64,000 nt of DNA from Bacteriovoracia bacterium (GCA_050251055.1 JBFWNL010000006.1:192001-256000); one strand, 5' to 3'. Counted from the stretch's first letter, positions 47,723 through 58,329 are shown. Notes: a model not told the origin generated them from the letters alone. Numbers and translations are program-made.

Positions 47723-48328
47723 GTGAGCGAGCAATTAAAACTCATTAGCCAACCCCAGGCCTTTTTCCACGAGCTGGTGACGACCGCCCTGGGAAATCAA
47801 AAGGTGAGCATTCATCCCGAGACCGAGTTTTATCTCGTGAACCTCCTCAACCAGTTCATGAGCACGGATAACCTCTACACGCGCGATGCCAATGGCAACG
47901 TAAAGGACGAGCCGCTGGTTTTTCTGTTTAAAGAGGCATGCGAGACCCCCGCGAGGACGGCGCAGCGTCTGATGTTCCGGCACGTGGGCGATATTTCTCT
48001 TTATGTAGCGGGATTCTTTCAAGAAAGTCTGCATCGAAAGCTCGTCGACATCGGCTACTACATCGACATTGGCGGCACCGCCTATCAAAAGGTGGCCGAT
48101 CAGGCCGACGATCGGGCGAATCGCACGATGTACGCTCAGCTCTCCGAACAGTTCGGTAAGTGCGTGGACGTGCTCGCGGAAGTCAGTGAAAAGACGACGC
48201 TCAAGTCCGAAACCAACCTGCTGAGGTTGTACGACAATTGGGTGCGCACCGGTAGCGAGCGCACGGCCCGTATCCTCGAGGGCGCCGGGATCATCCCGAC
48301 CCCGAACGTTAAGGGCAATAAGCAGTAA
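47723..48328 (+). CDS. Conserved hypothetical protein
   Basis: GAGGAGG RBS; YLVNLL, GD.SLYVAGFF, YY..GG.AY motifs; genome-typical codon use. Confidence 0.75.
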   Translation: MSEQLKLISQPQAFFHELVTTALGNQKVSIHPETEFYLVNLLNQFMSTDNLYTRDANGNVKDEPLVFLFKEACETPARTAQRLMFRHVGDISLYVAGFFQESLHRKLVDIGYYIDIGGTAYQKVADQADDRANRTMYAQLSEQFGKCVDVLAEVSEKTTLKSETNLLRLYDNWVRTGSERTARILEGAGIIPTPNVKGNKQ

Positions 48329-48423
48329 CCCGTTTCCCGAACATCCCCGCCCATCGCCGGCTGATTTGACGTAACCCCCGAAGTGTCGCATAGTGGCGCC
48401 GAATTTTCCTGAGGGGGGAATAC

Positions 48424-49899
48424 ATGAGACCAACCGGCCTGGTAGTGGGAGCTTTGATTGTCGGCGCGCTTTTAATCAGCAGCGCCTGGGCCGATCCCAA
48501 GCACTATCTGTATCAGCGAACCTTGCGGGCGGACGAAAACCGCTCCTTCTCGTTTCTGGGGCTCTTAGATGACGGCGCTGAAGTCGAGAGCGGGCAGTTC
48601 GAACAGAAACTGAACCATCTCGACTTAGACGATTCCGAAGCCGAGCGAGATAAGCGTCCGCGTACCTTCGCGCAGCGCTACTACATCAATTCCCAGTACG
48701 CGACGGACGCGGCGAACGCGCCGGTCATTTACATCATCTGCGGGGAAGGCTCTTGCGGCGAAGGCGAAGTCAAGGGCGTGACGATGAGCCGATACGCGAA
48801 GGCATTGGGCGCGCACCTCGTAGCGCTCGAGCATCGGTATTACGGCAAGAGCCAGCCGTTTAAACTACTCACCGGCGAGAATCTGCGGTTTCTCACCACG
48901 CAGAATGCGCTCGCCGATTTGAACGCATTTCAAAAAAATCTGCAGAAAACGCGTGGCTGGCAGGGCCCGTGGATCGCCGTCGGCGGATCTTACGCCGCGT
49001 CGCTCGCGGCTTACTATCGCCAAAAGTATCCGCAAAACGTCGTGGGCGCGCTCGCCTCTTCCGGGCCGGTGCAAGCCAAGGCCGCGTTCGAAGAGTACGA
49101 TCTGACCGTGTTCACGGTCGCGGGGTCGGATTGCGTCGCGAACATGCGCAAGGTGGTAGCCGCCGCCGAAAAGGCGATGGCGGACGCCGAAACGGCGCAA
49201 GCGTTCAAGACGCGTTTTCAAGCGCAAGAGGTGCGCGAAGCCATCGACTTCTTGTACGTGATTGCCGATCAGGCTTCGATTGCCGTCCAGTATGGCAAGC
49301 GCGACGAGTTTTGTGCCGCCCTCGAAGAGGCGGGCGATGATCTGCAGGCGTTGATCGACGCGTACGCCAAGAAGGGCAAGGAGATGTTCGACTGGTTCGG
49401 GATCACGGCGGTGCAGGATTCTTATCAAGGTTCGGAATCGCTCGACGCCGCCGACTACGAAGAAGGCGTCGGCATGCGCCAGTGGGTTTATCAAACCTGC
49501 AGCGAGTACGGGTATTTCCAGGTCGCTTACCGTGACCCGGCGAAGTCGGCGCGCTCGTCGCGCATCACGTTGCCCTATCACTTCGAAGTGTGCGAGCGCC
49601 TCTTCGGGTTAAAGAAGCCGTTGGATGAAAAACTCACGAACGAGAAATATTATCTTCCACTCCTAAATGAAAAGGACGCCGCGACGAAGAACATCTTGCT
49701 CACCAACGGCGCGAACGACCCGTGGGCGATGCTCTCGATCACGAAGGAGCTGGGAAACGACACCAATCCGAACCTGCTTTCGTTGATGATTCCGGGCGCA
49801 TCCCACTGCGAGGACCTCACGAGCCGCATGGGCACGGAACTCGAGAAGGTGCGTGATCTCACCTTGGCTTTGTTTCAAAAGTGGGTAGCTCGCGAATAG
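48424..49899 (+). CDS. Secreted serine peptidase, family S28
   Basis: Q.LNH, F.QRY, LEHRYYGKSQP, QNALADL, GGSYAA, ASSGPV, YQTCSEYGYFQ, NG..DPW, HCEDL. Confidence 0.9.
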   Translation: MRPTGLVVGALIVGALLISSAWADPKHYLYQRTLRADENRSFSFLGLLDDGAEVESGQFEQKLNHLDLDDSEAERDKRPRTFAQRYYINSQYATDAANAPVIYIICGEGSCGEGEVKGVTMSRYAKALGAHLVALEHRYYGKSQPFKLLTGENLRFLTTQNALADLNAFQKNLQKTRGWQGPWIAVGGSYAASLAAYYRQKYPQNVVGALASSGPVQAKAAFEEYDLTVFTVAGSDCVANMRKVVAAAEKAMADAETAQAFKTRFQAQEVREAIDFLYVIADQASIAVQYGKRDEFCAALEEAGDDLQALIDAYAKKGKEMFDWFGITAVQDSYQGSESLDAADYEEGVGMRQWVYQTCSEYGYFQVAYRDPAKSARSSRITLPYHFEVCERLFGLKKPLDEKLTNEKYYLPLLNEKDAATKNILLTNGANDPWAMLSITKELGNDTNPNLLSLMIPGASHCEDLTSRMGTELEKVRDLTLALFQKWVARE

Positions 49900-50073
49900 G
49901 CGCGCGGTACCTGGATTCCGCTCGGGTTTCATTGCTTTAACCGACGCGATTGGCTTGATCTTCAAGCTGTTCCCAGCGGACAGAACTATTTGTTGACCAA
50001 TAAAGTATGGTTCTATATATAGGGGTTTCGGAGCTTCTAGGGCGCATATCGACGAGTGCATGTGGAGATAAAC

Positions 50074-50664
50074 ATGCGACTCATATTTCTGATTCTGACG
50101 TTATTGTCCGCTCCCGGTGTTTTTGCCGGTCCCGCGGAAAGCTGGGTGGTGGAAGCCAAACGCGTTTCGGCGTTCATTCAGGACGTACACGGTACCCTTA
50201 AAAATCAATCCGGGGAGGGTAGTTCCTACCTCATTGGACGACGCGTGAAGGTGAAGGTCGATGGCCACGTGGTCGTGAGCCAGTACTTTTTGAAGGATTG
50301 CTGTTCGGAGCAGGCGGAGTTCCACCTGCAGCGAATTCGCGACGTGATCGAGCAAAGTAAAAACGGCTGGGTCAAACTCGATTACCGTGAGGGATTGACT
50401 TCACCTCTGTTTATTCAAAACTCAAACATTGCGGAACGCGATGGGTTGGGTATCGCCCAGGCCCGGGCGGAGACGGAAAGAATGGAGCGGCAAATTGCGG
50501 ACCTAAGCCTTCGCTTGACCGCGGCAGAGGAGAACCGCCGGGAAGTCGCGGTCGCCACCGAATCAATCGACTTACTCCGGTCGCGACTGGAGGCTTGCCA
50601 GCGCAAAGTGGATAAACTCGAAACCGAGGCGAAGCAGACGAAGCCGCCGGCCTTTCGGCCGTAA
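50074..50664 (+). CDS. Secreted protein with C-terminal coiled coil
   Basis: ATG 50074 after GGAG; signal peptide; heptad-rich C-terminus. Confidence 0.65.
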   Translation: MRLIFLILTLLSAPGVFAGPAESWVVEAKRVSAFIQDVHGTLKNQSGEGSSYLIGRRVKVKVDGHVVVSQYFLKDCCSEQAEFHLQRIRDVIEQSKNGWVKLDYREGLTSPLFIQNSNIAERDGLGIAQARAETERMERQIADLSLRLTAAEENRREVAVATESIDLLRSRLEACQRKVDKLETEAKQTKPPAFRP

Positions 50665-50675
50665 GCCTCGCGTGG

Positions 50676-51365
50676 TTACTGAATGACGACGCTTTCCATC
50701 TTGTCGCCGACTTGAATGGACTTCACGATGTCCATGCCGGTGATGACTTGGCCGAATACGGTGTATTGGCCGTCGAGATGGGGCTGGCGATCGAGCGCGA
50801 TGTAGAACTGCGAGTCAGCGGAATCGGGATCCGCGGCGCGTGCCATGGCGACGGTGCCTTCGCGGTGTTTGCGCTGGTTGAATTCCGCCTTGAGCTTCTT
50901 GCCACTGCCGCCCGTGCCGTTTCCGTCGGGATCGCCGCCTTGGATCACGAAGCCGGGAACCACGCGGTGAAACTTCAGGCCGTTGTAAAAGCCCTGGTTG
51001 ATGAGTTCCACGATGCGCGCGACCGTGTTCGGCGCGTCTTTTGTGTAGAATTTGAAAGTGACTTGCCCCTTGGTGGTGGTGATTACCGCGGTAGCTTTGG
51101 AGAGTCCGTCTTCGCCGACGTTCATATCTGGATTCATGTTGGTGGCTGGCCTTTCGTGGTTGCTGTCCGCCGTGCCCGTCGTGGCTCCCGCGTCGGTGCC
51201 CGCAGGGGGAGCGTCGGTGGGCGGAGTCGTCGTGCCGGAGGCGGAGTCCTGGGCCCCACTCTCGGCTGTACTTTGCTGGCGAGAAGATTGATAATAAAAA
51301 TACGCGGCAATGCCGAAAACGATCAATGCGGCGAGTGCGACCAAAACCGAGGATTTTGATTTCAT
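50676..51365 (-). CDS. Cyclophilin-type peptidyl-prolyl isomerase with N-terminal membrane anchor
   Basis: [34 protein letters not shown]. Confidence 0.93.
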   Translation of the reverse strand: MKSKSSVLVALAALIVFGIAAYFYYQSSRQQSTAESGAQDSASGTTTPPTDAPPAGTDAGATTGTADSNHERPATNMNPDMNVGEDGLSKATAVITTTKGQVTFKFYTKDAPNTVARIVELINQGFYNGLKFHRVVPGFVIQGGDPDGNGTGGSGKKLKAEFNQRKHREGTVAMARAADPDSADSQFYIALDRQPHLDGQYTVFGQVITGMDIVKSIQVGDKMESVVIQ

Positions 51366-51391
51366 AAGCCGAATATTACTCCCAAGGTGCC

Positions 51392-52195
51392 ATGTCACAA
51401 GAGGATTCTTCAAAAAAAATGGGGTTTTTCGATCATATCGACGAGCTCCGCGCCCGCCTCTTCCGCGCCGTCGTCGTTTTCTTCATTGGGTTCATTCTCT
51501 GCTACGCCTACGTCGATCAGTGGGTGCTCGCGTTCCTGCGCAAGCCGCTTTTCGACGTCATGCCCCCCGAGCAGCAGAAGCTTTACTTCACGAGCCTGTT
51601 TGAAAACTTCATGACCCATTTGAAGATCGCCGGCTATTCGTCGATCTTCTTCGTGTCACCTTACTTCTTTTACGAGATCTGGGCGTTCGTGGCACCGGGG
51701 CTCTATCCGCGGGAGCGGAAGTGGCTCGTTCCGTTCATCCTGGCCGCGACGTGCTTCTTCGTGGGGGGCGCGCTTTTCGCCTACTACGTGATGTTTCCCG
51801 TCGCCTTTAAATTCTTCGTGACTTACGGCGAAGCTACCGACGTGGCGATGCTCACCATCGCCAATTACTACGATACCTGCCTAAAACTGCTGCTCTTGTT
51901 CGGTTTGGCCTTCGAGCTGCCCGTGCTCATCGTGCTCTTGGGTTTTTTGGGGGTGGTGGATGCCGACATGCTGCGCGCGCAGCGCAAGGTCGCGGTGATC
52001 GCCATTACCGTCGGTTGCGCCATGTTTGCCCCCCCGGATGCGATTTCCATGCTGATTCTTATGACCCCGCTGATCCTCATGTACGAAGGGTCGATCTGGG
52101 TGGTGCAGATGATCGGTAAGCGCAAACCTCCGCCGGAAGCGACGACGACGGAGGAGGGCCCCCCCGTAAACCCCCTCTCTGGCCAATCCCGTTAG
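51392..52195 (+). CDS. tatC: Twin-arginine translocase subunit TatC
   Basis: [33 protein letters not shown]. Confidence 0.95.
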   Translation: MSQEDSSKKMGFFDHIDELRARLFRAVVVFFIGFILCYAYVDQWVLAFLRKPLFDVMPPEQQKLYFTSLFENFMTHLKIAGYSSIFFVSPYFFYEIWAFVAPGLYPRERKWLVPFILAATCFFVGGALFAYYVMFPVAFKFFVTYGEATDVAMLTIANYYDTCLKLLLLFGLAFELPVLIVLLGFLGVVDADMLRAQRKVAVIAITVGCAMFAPPDAISMLILMTPLILMYEGSIWVVQMIGKRKPPPEATTTEEGPPVNPLSGQSR

Positions 52196-52347
52196 ATCTT
52201 AAGTATCTGAATTTATAAGTTTTTTATCGAATTATACAATTCGAGGGGCAATAGCAAAAATGGTTCTATGGGCTGCCGATGGGTTGGACGAGATTTGAGG
52301 TTGCCCAGTCTTCGGCTACCTGCTAAACCCCCAAATTCATTCATTAA

Positions 52348-52416
52348 CCTTGCTCGAAGCGAAGCTTCGGGCTACCTGCGGACGGAAGAGCTTCCGGCTG
52401 CGGTAACCGTAAGGAG
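52348..52416 (+). promoter_or_regulatory. Structured rpsF leader, probable S6:S18 autoregulatory RNA element
   Basis: CCTTGC (52348-53) can pair with GTAAGG (52409-14), which overlaps the RBS; internal hairpins GCTCGAAGC/GCTTCGGGC and CGGAA/TTCCG. Confidence 0.6.
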
Positions 52417-52424
52417 ACCATCAG

Positions 52425-52883
52425 ATGGCTAAAGCCACGGGCTTGTTGCCCGGTTACGAAACCGTATTCATCACCAAGAACGAAATCACCGATGACCAGC
52501 TCAAGCAGCTCACCGAGAAGCTTGCCGGCATCGTGAAGGCCTATGACGGCGAAGTCGTCATGACCGAAGATTGGGGCAAGCGCAAGCTCGCCTACAACAT
52601 CAACAAGGAATCGCGCGGCCAGTACACGTACATGGCGTACACCGGCAAGCCTTCGCTCGTGCACGAGCTCGAGCGTAACCTGCGCATGCACGAAAGCGTG
52701 ATCCGCTTTCTCAGCGTGAATCTCGAGAAGGAATTCGACAAAGAGAAGTTCGTCGCTTCCTTCGTGCCGTTCGCCCAACGCGGCAAGCGCGCGTCCGACG
52801 ACCAGCCGGGCGGCGGCCGTGGCGATCGTTTCGGTGATCGTGGCGACCGCTATGACCGCGGCGACCGTTACGACCGGTATTAA
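52425..52883 (+). CDS. rpsF: 30S ribosomal protein S6
   Basis: YETVFI, WGKRKLAYNI, ELERNLR...VIRFL. Confidence 0.96.
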   Translation: MAKATGLLPGYETVFITKNEITDDQLKQLTEKLAGIVKAYDGEVVMTEDWGKRKLAYNINKESRGQYTYMAYTGKPSLVHELERNLRMHESVIRFLSVNLEKEFDKEKFVASFVPFAQRGKRASDDQPGGGRGDRFGDRGDRYDRGDRYDRY

Positions 52884-52909
52884 TTTAAAAATTTAACGAG
52901 GATATTCAA

Positions 52910-53236
52910 ATGGAAGAAAAGACGATTAAACCGAAGGAAAAGATGCACGACATGGGCATGGGCGGCGATGACGCCGAAGGCGGCAGCGAGCGTGGCGAGC
53001 GCCGGATTATCGGCGGCAGCCATCACCGCAAGAAGGCCTGCCGCTTCTGCACGGACGCCGAGTACGTGATGGACTACAAGAACATCCGCACCATGCAGGC
53101 GTTCGTCTCCGAGCACGGCCGCATCGTTCCCCGTCGCATTTCCGGGAACTGCGCCCATCACCAGCGCAAGCTCACGACCGCCCTTAAGCGCGGCCGCAAC
53201 TTGGCGCTCATCGGCTACGTTTCCATGGGATATTAA
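52910..53236 (+). CDS. rpsR: 30S ribosomal protein S18
   Basis: CRFC, DYKN, GRIVPRRISG.CAHHQR. Confidence 0.96.
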   Translation: MEEKTIKPKEKMHDMGMGGDDAEGGSERGERRIIGGSHHRKKACRFCTDAEYVMDYKNIRTMQAFVSEHGRIVPRRISGNCAHHQRKLTTALKRGRNLALIGYVSMGY

Positions 53237-53268
53237 GAAGGGCTACGGAGCCCTTCGGGTCGCGCGGC

Positions 53269-54300
53269 TTGGAAGAACCAAAGGCGAGCGGGAGTCCCGC
53301 GGGATCGGACGGGCCTAAGCCCGACTACGATCCGGAGGCACTCGCTCGTGAACTTAGCGAGAAACTCGAGCTGAAGCTCAAGCCGCCGAAGCCTCCGCTT
53401 TGGCTGCAGGCTTTGCCGTATTTCATGGCGGGGCTTTTTTTCATCAGTGGGCTTTTCTCATTGGTGGCGCCGCTTCCCCTCCTTTTGATGGGTTTGCGCA
53501 AACGCGACGGGCGCTTCTGGTTGGCGGTCTTAACCAACACCGCGATCGTGGCGCGGGCATCGGGCTTGGCCGTCGGGGCGGCCTTCCTGATCTTGGTGCT
53601 GCCGGTGGCGGTTTTGATGCCGACGCTGATTTTCAAGCGGCGGATGAAACTCGAAGTCGGCGTCTTTTGGACTCTGCTCGGCGTGGGCGCGCTTTTAGGC
53701 GCTTCGCTGTACGCGCTCTTCCAATGGGGCGGCGTGAATCCCGTGAAAGAGCTCGAGGGTTACGTGACCGAGCTCGTGAATCAGCTTCAAGGAATTTACC
53801 AAGAGCGCCCCGACGTGCCGGACTCGGCGTCCATGCCGATGAACGCGGCGGAGGCCCAGGAGCTGGTTCATTCCATCCTGGTGGAGTTCCCCTCGGCCTT
53901 GGCGGTGTTTTCCCTGGTCACGATCTGGATCAATCTGGTGATGGTGTTGCGGTTGAACCCGGGCCTGCTGCGGGAGCGGCTGGGGATCGTGCCCAACTTC
54001 TTCTCGTTGTGGAAGGCGCCCGAATTCCTAGTTTGGCCCACGATCGCGGCTGGGGCTTCCTTGCTATTCCTGACCGGATTATCCCGGGATATCGCCCTGA
54101 ATTTTTTCCGGTTTTTCATGGCTGTTTATGCCATCCAGGGGCTCAGTATTTTGAGCTTCCTTTTCGATAGCTGGAAGCTCAAGGGCGGTCTCCGGCTGGT
54201 GGCCTATTTAGTCATGGTTTTCATAGGGATGCCCTTTCTTTTGGCGGTCGGGTTCTTTGACCTCTGGTTTGACTTTCGGGCCAAGTTAAGGCAATCCTAG
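53269..54300 (+). CDS. YybS/DUF2232 family membrane protein
   Basis: Multi-TM; QGLS and GFFDLWFDFR motifs; conserved position between rpsR and rplI. Confidence 0.85.
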   Translation: MEEPKASGSPAGSDGPKPDYDPEALARELSEKLELKLKPPKPPLWLQALPYFMAGLFFISGLFSLVAPLPLLLMGLRKRDGRFWLAVLTNTAIVARASGLAVGAAFLILVLPVAVLMPTLIFKRRMKLEVGVFWTLLGVGALLGASLYALFQWGGVNPVKELEGYVTELVNQLQGIYQERPDVPDSASMPMNAAEAQELVHSILVEFPSALAVFSLVTIWINLVMVLRLNPGLLRERLGIVPNFFSLWKAPEFLVWPTIAAGASLLFLTGLSRDIALNFFRFFMAVYAIQGLSILSFLFDSWKLKGGLRLVAYLVMVFIGMPFLLAVGFFDLWFDFRAKLRQS

Positions 54301-54351
54301 GGGTCTTTAAATCTTTGGCAAATCTTTGGAAAACATTCGGTAAGAGGTCCT

Positions 54352-54801
54352 ATGTTAGTTATCCTGCGTGAATCGATTGATAATCTGGGTCGCATCGGCG
54401 ACGTCGTGAAGGTTTCCGATGGCTATGCCCGGAACTTCCTCTTGCCCCGCGGAATGGTCGTGGCCGCCAATGAAAACAATCTGAAAGAAATCGAACACCA
54501 CAAGCGCGTGCTCGAGAAGAAGCGCCTGGCCGAACGCGCCGGCGCGGAAGAACTCGCCAAGAAGCTGGGCGAGTTGACGATCACCTTCAAGCGCAAGGTC
54601 GGTAAGAACGACAAGCTCTTCGGCTCGGTCGGCGCTCCGGACATCGTCGCGGAGATCGAAAAGGCCGGCTTCACGGTGCGCAAAGGCTCCGTGCATCTGA
54701 AAGACACCCTCAAGACCCTGGGCGTGCACTCCGTGGAAGTGAAGCTCCAGCCGGAAGTCGTCGCGACCATCAAGGTTTGGATCGCCAAAGAAGAAGAATA
54801 A
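54352..54801 (+). CDS. rplI: 50S ribosomal protein L9
   Basis: LGRIGDVVKVSDGYARNFLLP, KLFGSV. Confidence 0.97.
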   Translation: MLVILRESIDNLGRIGDVVKVSDGYARNFLLPRGMVVAANENNLKEIEHHKRVLEKKRLAERAGAEELAKKLGELTITFKRKVGKNDKLFGSVGAPDIVAEIEKAGFTVRKGSVHLKDTLKTLGVHSVEVKLQPEVVATIKVWIAKEEE

Positions 54802-54830
54802 TCGCTCTCTAGCTTTACTCGGGGGGGAGC

Positions 54831-56276
54831 ATGTCGGATTTTCCGAACGAGCGTAACGAACGTCGGAATTCCATTCCAGGGATTCCTCAAGGTCATTTGC
54901 CGCCACATAACTTGGAAGCGGAGCGCTCCGTGCTGGGCGCCGTGCTCGTCCAGAACGAAGCGATTGATCGCGTGCGCGAAGTCGGGATGGAAGCGCGCGA
55001 TTTCTACAAGGATTCCCACCAGAAGATTTTCGAAGCGGCATTGGCGCTCGCGGATCGTCGCGAACCCGTCGATCTCGTTACCCTGACCAGCTCGCTGCGC
55101 GACCGTGGCTGGTTTGATCAGATCGGCGGGACCGGCGCGCTGACCAGCCTGTTTGAGGACGCCTTCGCCGTCGGCAACGTCGCCCACTACGCGCGCATCG
55201 TGCGCGACAAGGCCGTGCAGCGTCGGATGATCGAAGCGTGTTCCGAGATTGTCGGTACCGCGCTCGACGGCGTGGAAGACACGGAAGCGTTCCTGGACGA
55301 AGCGGAGAACAAGGTTTTCAAGGTCGCCGATCTGCACCTCGAGAACACGATCACCGAGCTTAAGAAGGTTTTGCTCGATAATATGGCCACGATCGAAGAT
55401 CTGGCGCTTCGCAACGAGGACATCACGGGCTTGCCCACGGGCTTCCATGACTTCGACGCCCTGACCACGGGGTTGCACCCCGGCCAGATCATCATTATCG
55501 CCGCGCGACCCGGGATGGGGAAAACCAGCTGGTTCATCTCGGCGCTCCAGCACGCCGCCATGAAGAACGGTGCCGTGGCCGCGCTCTTTTCGCTCGAAAT
55601 GTCGAAGGAAGAAATTGGCTTTCGTTTTCTCTCCGGTCTCTCGAAGATCGACTCGCGTAAGCTCAAGACGGGAAAACTGCAGGAGCGTGATTGGCGCTCG
55701 CTCGCCGCCGCCGCGGACACCCTCTCTAAGTCGCGCATCTATATCGACGATTCCGGCGGCATCACGGTCATGGACATCCGTGCCCGCTGCCGTCGATTAA
55801 AGGCAAAAGAAAAGAAACTGGATCTGGTCGTGATCGATTACCTCCAGCTGATGAAAGGCTCGAAGGCTTCGCAGCGCGGGGATAGCTCGCGCGAGCGCGA
55901 GATTTCGGAAATCAGCCGTAACTTGAAGGAGCTCGCCAAGGAGCTGCAAGTGCCGATCATCGCGCTCTCGCAGCTCAACCGCAGCGTCGAATCCCGCCAG
56001 GACAAGCGCCCGGGCCTTTCCGACCTGCGCGAGTCGGGCGCCATCGAGCAGGATGCCGACATGGTGTGCTTCATTCATCGCGAAGACTATTACGACAAGC
56101 AGTCGGAAAACCAAGGCATCGCCGAGTTCATCGTCGCTAAGAACCGCGCCGGCGAAACCTCCACCGTGAAGCTGGCGTGGCTCGCGCAGTACACGCTGTT
56201 CGAGAACCTCGCGCGTGAAGCGCCGGGGCAGCCGATCATCCGGCATCGACCCGACAAGGGCGACATCACCTTATAA
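54831..56276 (+). CDS. dnaB: Replicative DNA helicase
   Basis: PPHNLEAE, AARPGMGKT, FSLEM, IDYLQL, LSQLNR, DLRESGAIEQDAD. Confidence 0.98.
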   Translation: MSDFPNERNERRNSIPGIPQGHLPPHNLEAERSVLGAVLVQNEAIDRVREVGMEARDFYKDSHQKIFEAALALADRREPVDLVTLTSSLRDRGWFDQIGGTGALTSLFEDAFAVGNVAHYARIVRDKAVQRRMIEACSEIVGTALDGVEDTEAFLDEAENKVFKVADLHLENTITELKKVLLDNMATIEDLALRNEDITGLPTGFHDFDALTTGLHPGQIIIIAARPGMGKTSWFISALQHAAMKNGAVAALFSLEMSKEEIGFRFLSGLSKIDSRKLKTGKLQERDWRSLAAAADTLSKSRIYIDDSGGITVMDIRARCRRLKAKEKKLDLVVIDYLQLMKGSKASQRGDSSREREISEISRNLKELAKELQVPIIALSQLNRSVESRQDKRPGLSDLRESGAIEQDADMVCFIHREDYYDKQSENQGIAEFIVAKNRAGETSTVKLAWLAQYTLFENLAREAPGQPIIRHRPDKGDITL

Positions 56277-56298
56277 AGGTTGGACCAGGCTTCTGATC

Positions 56299-58134
56299 TC
56301 AGCTTTCGGTCGGGGGCCGCTTCGAGCGTTTTCCCCGGAGGCGATCGATGGCCTTTTTGGGCGCGCGCAGAATCAGGGATCCGAAGAGGCGCGCCATCAC
56401 GGTCATGATCATCAAGAAGAGCACGACGGTGTAGACCGACACCAGCCCGTAGGCGGTCGCGAGGAAAACATACCAGTAGAGGACGCCCAGATGGAAAACC
56501 GTGCCCAAGATCACGGCCAGGATGAGGAGCGTGATCGATCCGCCAAGGAGCAGCAGCACGTTGAGCACGCGATCTTCGGCCTTTCCTTTTGCGCGCATGA
56601 ACGTCCAGAAGTACGCGGGCGGGAGCAGCAGCAAGGTCGTGAGGTAGCCGTTCTTCAAGAAGCCAGACACGATCACGATCGCCAGGACAATCGCATGGAA
56701 GGTGTGGCGCAGCTCACGCGCTTCCTCGGCGTCGTCGCGTTCGGCGAATGTGCGCTTGAAAATGAAGTAGACCCCGACGGCGAGCAACGCGACGAGGCCG
56801 ATGGCCAGGAAGTTGGGGTTGTAGAGCAGGGTCGATTTTTGGGTCGCCGGGAAGGACTCGTACTGGGTGATGATCTTGAGTTCGGGCAGGAGCCGCAGGA
56901 ACGCGTACGCGAGGAGCAACGAGCCGAGCAAAATGCCCATGTTCTTCGCTTCGTTCAGGAAGATCACCCGTACCCGATAGCCCGAATGCGCGCGCACGGC
57001 CGCGCCGAACTTGCTGACGCTAAATAAGATGAATGGAATAAACGCCAGGATCTGTAGAAAGGTCACGGCCCATCCGTCCAGGAAGTATGCGGCGGAAACC
57101 TTCAGGTAATTGGACTCGCGCCAGTTCTCCGGGAGCGCGGTCAGCTCGTCCAAACTGTTCATCAGCCGCTCGGCCGAAAGGCCGAAGTCCCAGAACGAGG
57201 CGGGTTTCAAGGCCTCGGCGACGTCGGCCTTCGTGTGATGGTAGTGGGACATCTGGTAGGAAAAATCCTTCGTCTGTCCCACCCAGTTGAAAGCAGGGAT
57301 GCCGGCCTGCAGGAGCGGTCCATGGTCGGCGGCGGGGATGAGAATGGAGCGCTCGATGAACTCCATGAAGTTCTTGAAGTCGCGCGCCTCCACGGGGCGG
57401 CCCGTCGACTCGATCGAGCGCAGCGCCATCTCGCGTAGCCAGAGCGGGGTGAACCCCTCCTTCAGGCCGTCGCACAGCGTGAGAATGGCGACCTGATCCT
57501 CGGGCGCGACGAAATCCAAGTTGATCGCCGCGATGATTTTCTGCGCGTTTACGTAAGATTTGGCGAATGCGCGCGCGCCCCAGAAGGCGCCGAACTCTTC
57601 GCTATCCGTTAGTAGGAACACGATCGAGCGCTTGGTCTCCCGGCTGGCGAACACGCGCGCAAGCTCGAGCACGACGCCGACGCCCGAGGCGTCGTCCATG
57701 GCGCCTTCCTCGGTCGTATCCGTCGTGTCGAAGTGGGCGACGACCGCGATGTACTCGTCGGGTTTCTCGGTGCCTTTCTTCTCGACGTAAATGTTGTTGA
57801 GATCGGTGTAGTTCTTTCCCTCGATCACTTCCGAGAAGAACATGTCTTTGTGGGCATAGCCCATTCCGCGCAGCTGCTCTTTCAGCCACCGGGCCGCGTG
57901 CCGACGGTTTTCGTGCCAAGGCAGGCGGTGGGGGAATCGCTTGGCCAGCGTCTTCATTTGTTCAAAGGCGCGGTCCCCGTTGAATTCGAGCGGACGTCCA
58001 TCCAGGGGAAGTTGCTCGATCTTCCGAAGCGCTACGCCCGCGAACACGAGCGAGATCAGCATGCACACGAGCGAGCTACGGACGAAGATTTCCCAGGGGG
58101 TGTACTTCAGCTGCTTACGCAAAGCGGCACGCAT
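56299..58134 (-). CDS. M28 family metallopeptidase with multi-pass membrane C-terminus
   Basis: VAHFDT, GAMDDASG, TDSEEFG, INLD, DH, YHHT motifs; several C-terminal TM helices; start placed at ATG 58134. Confidence 0.85.
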   Translation of the reverse strand: MRAALRKQLKYTPWEIFVRSSLVCMLISLVFAGVALRKIEQLPLDGRPLEFNGDRAFEQMKTLAKRFPHRLPWHENRRHAARWLKEQLRGMGYAHKDMFFSEVIEGKNYTDLNNIYVEKKGTEKPDEYIAVVAHFDTTDTTEEGAMDDASGVGVVLELARVFASRETKRSIVFLLTDSEEFGAFWGARAFAKSYVNAQKIIAAINLDFVAPEDQVAILTLCDGLKEGFTPLWLREMALRSIESTGRPVEARDFKNFMEFIERSILIPAADHGPLLQAGIPAFNWVGQTKDFSYQMSHYHHTKADVAEALKPASFWDFGLSAERLMNSLDELTALPENWRESNYLKVSAAYFLDGWAVTFLQILAFIPFILFSVSKFGAAVRAHSGYRVRVIFLNEAKNMGILLGSLLLAYAFLRLLPELKIITQYESFPATQKSTLLYNPNFLAIGLVALLAVGVYFIFKRTFAERDDAEEARELRHTFHAIVLAIVIVSGFLKNGYLTTLLLLPPAYFWTFMRAKGKAEDRVLNVLLLLGGSITLLILAVILGTVFHLGVLYWYVFLATAYGLVSVYTVVLFLMIMTVMARLFGSLILRAPKKAIDRLRGKRSKRPPTES

Positions 58135-58160
58135 CGCAGCATTCTGCCATCCGTTCTGAG

Positions 58161-58303
58161 AAGGTGCCAGGCAACTTTTAACCACGCATTGCGTATATTG
58201 CGCTGCGTTGTTTTGGTAGTCTAGGAAAGGATCGAACTAAAACAAAACAGTGCGCTAATAAGTGTTTAATGCGCTGCATATCAAAAAAGTTGCCTGGCAC
58301 CTT
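58161..58303. repeat. Element bounded by a perfect 19-bp inverted repeat (REP-doublet/MITE-like)
   Basis: AAGGTGCCAGGCAACTTTT (58161-58179) and AAAAGTTGCCTGGCACCTT (58285-58303); each unit is itself near-palindromic. Confidence 0.7.
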
Positions 58304-58329
58304 TCGCGGTTTGGCTTAAGATATTCGGC

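Noticed and set aside
58290-58312. Sigma54 promoter at TGGCAC upstream of moxR
   Set aside because: No TTGC at the -12 position; TGGCAC is part of the inverted repeat
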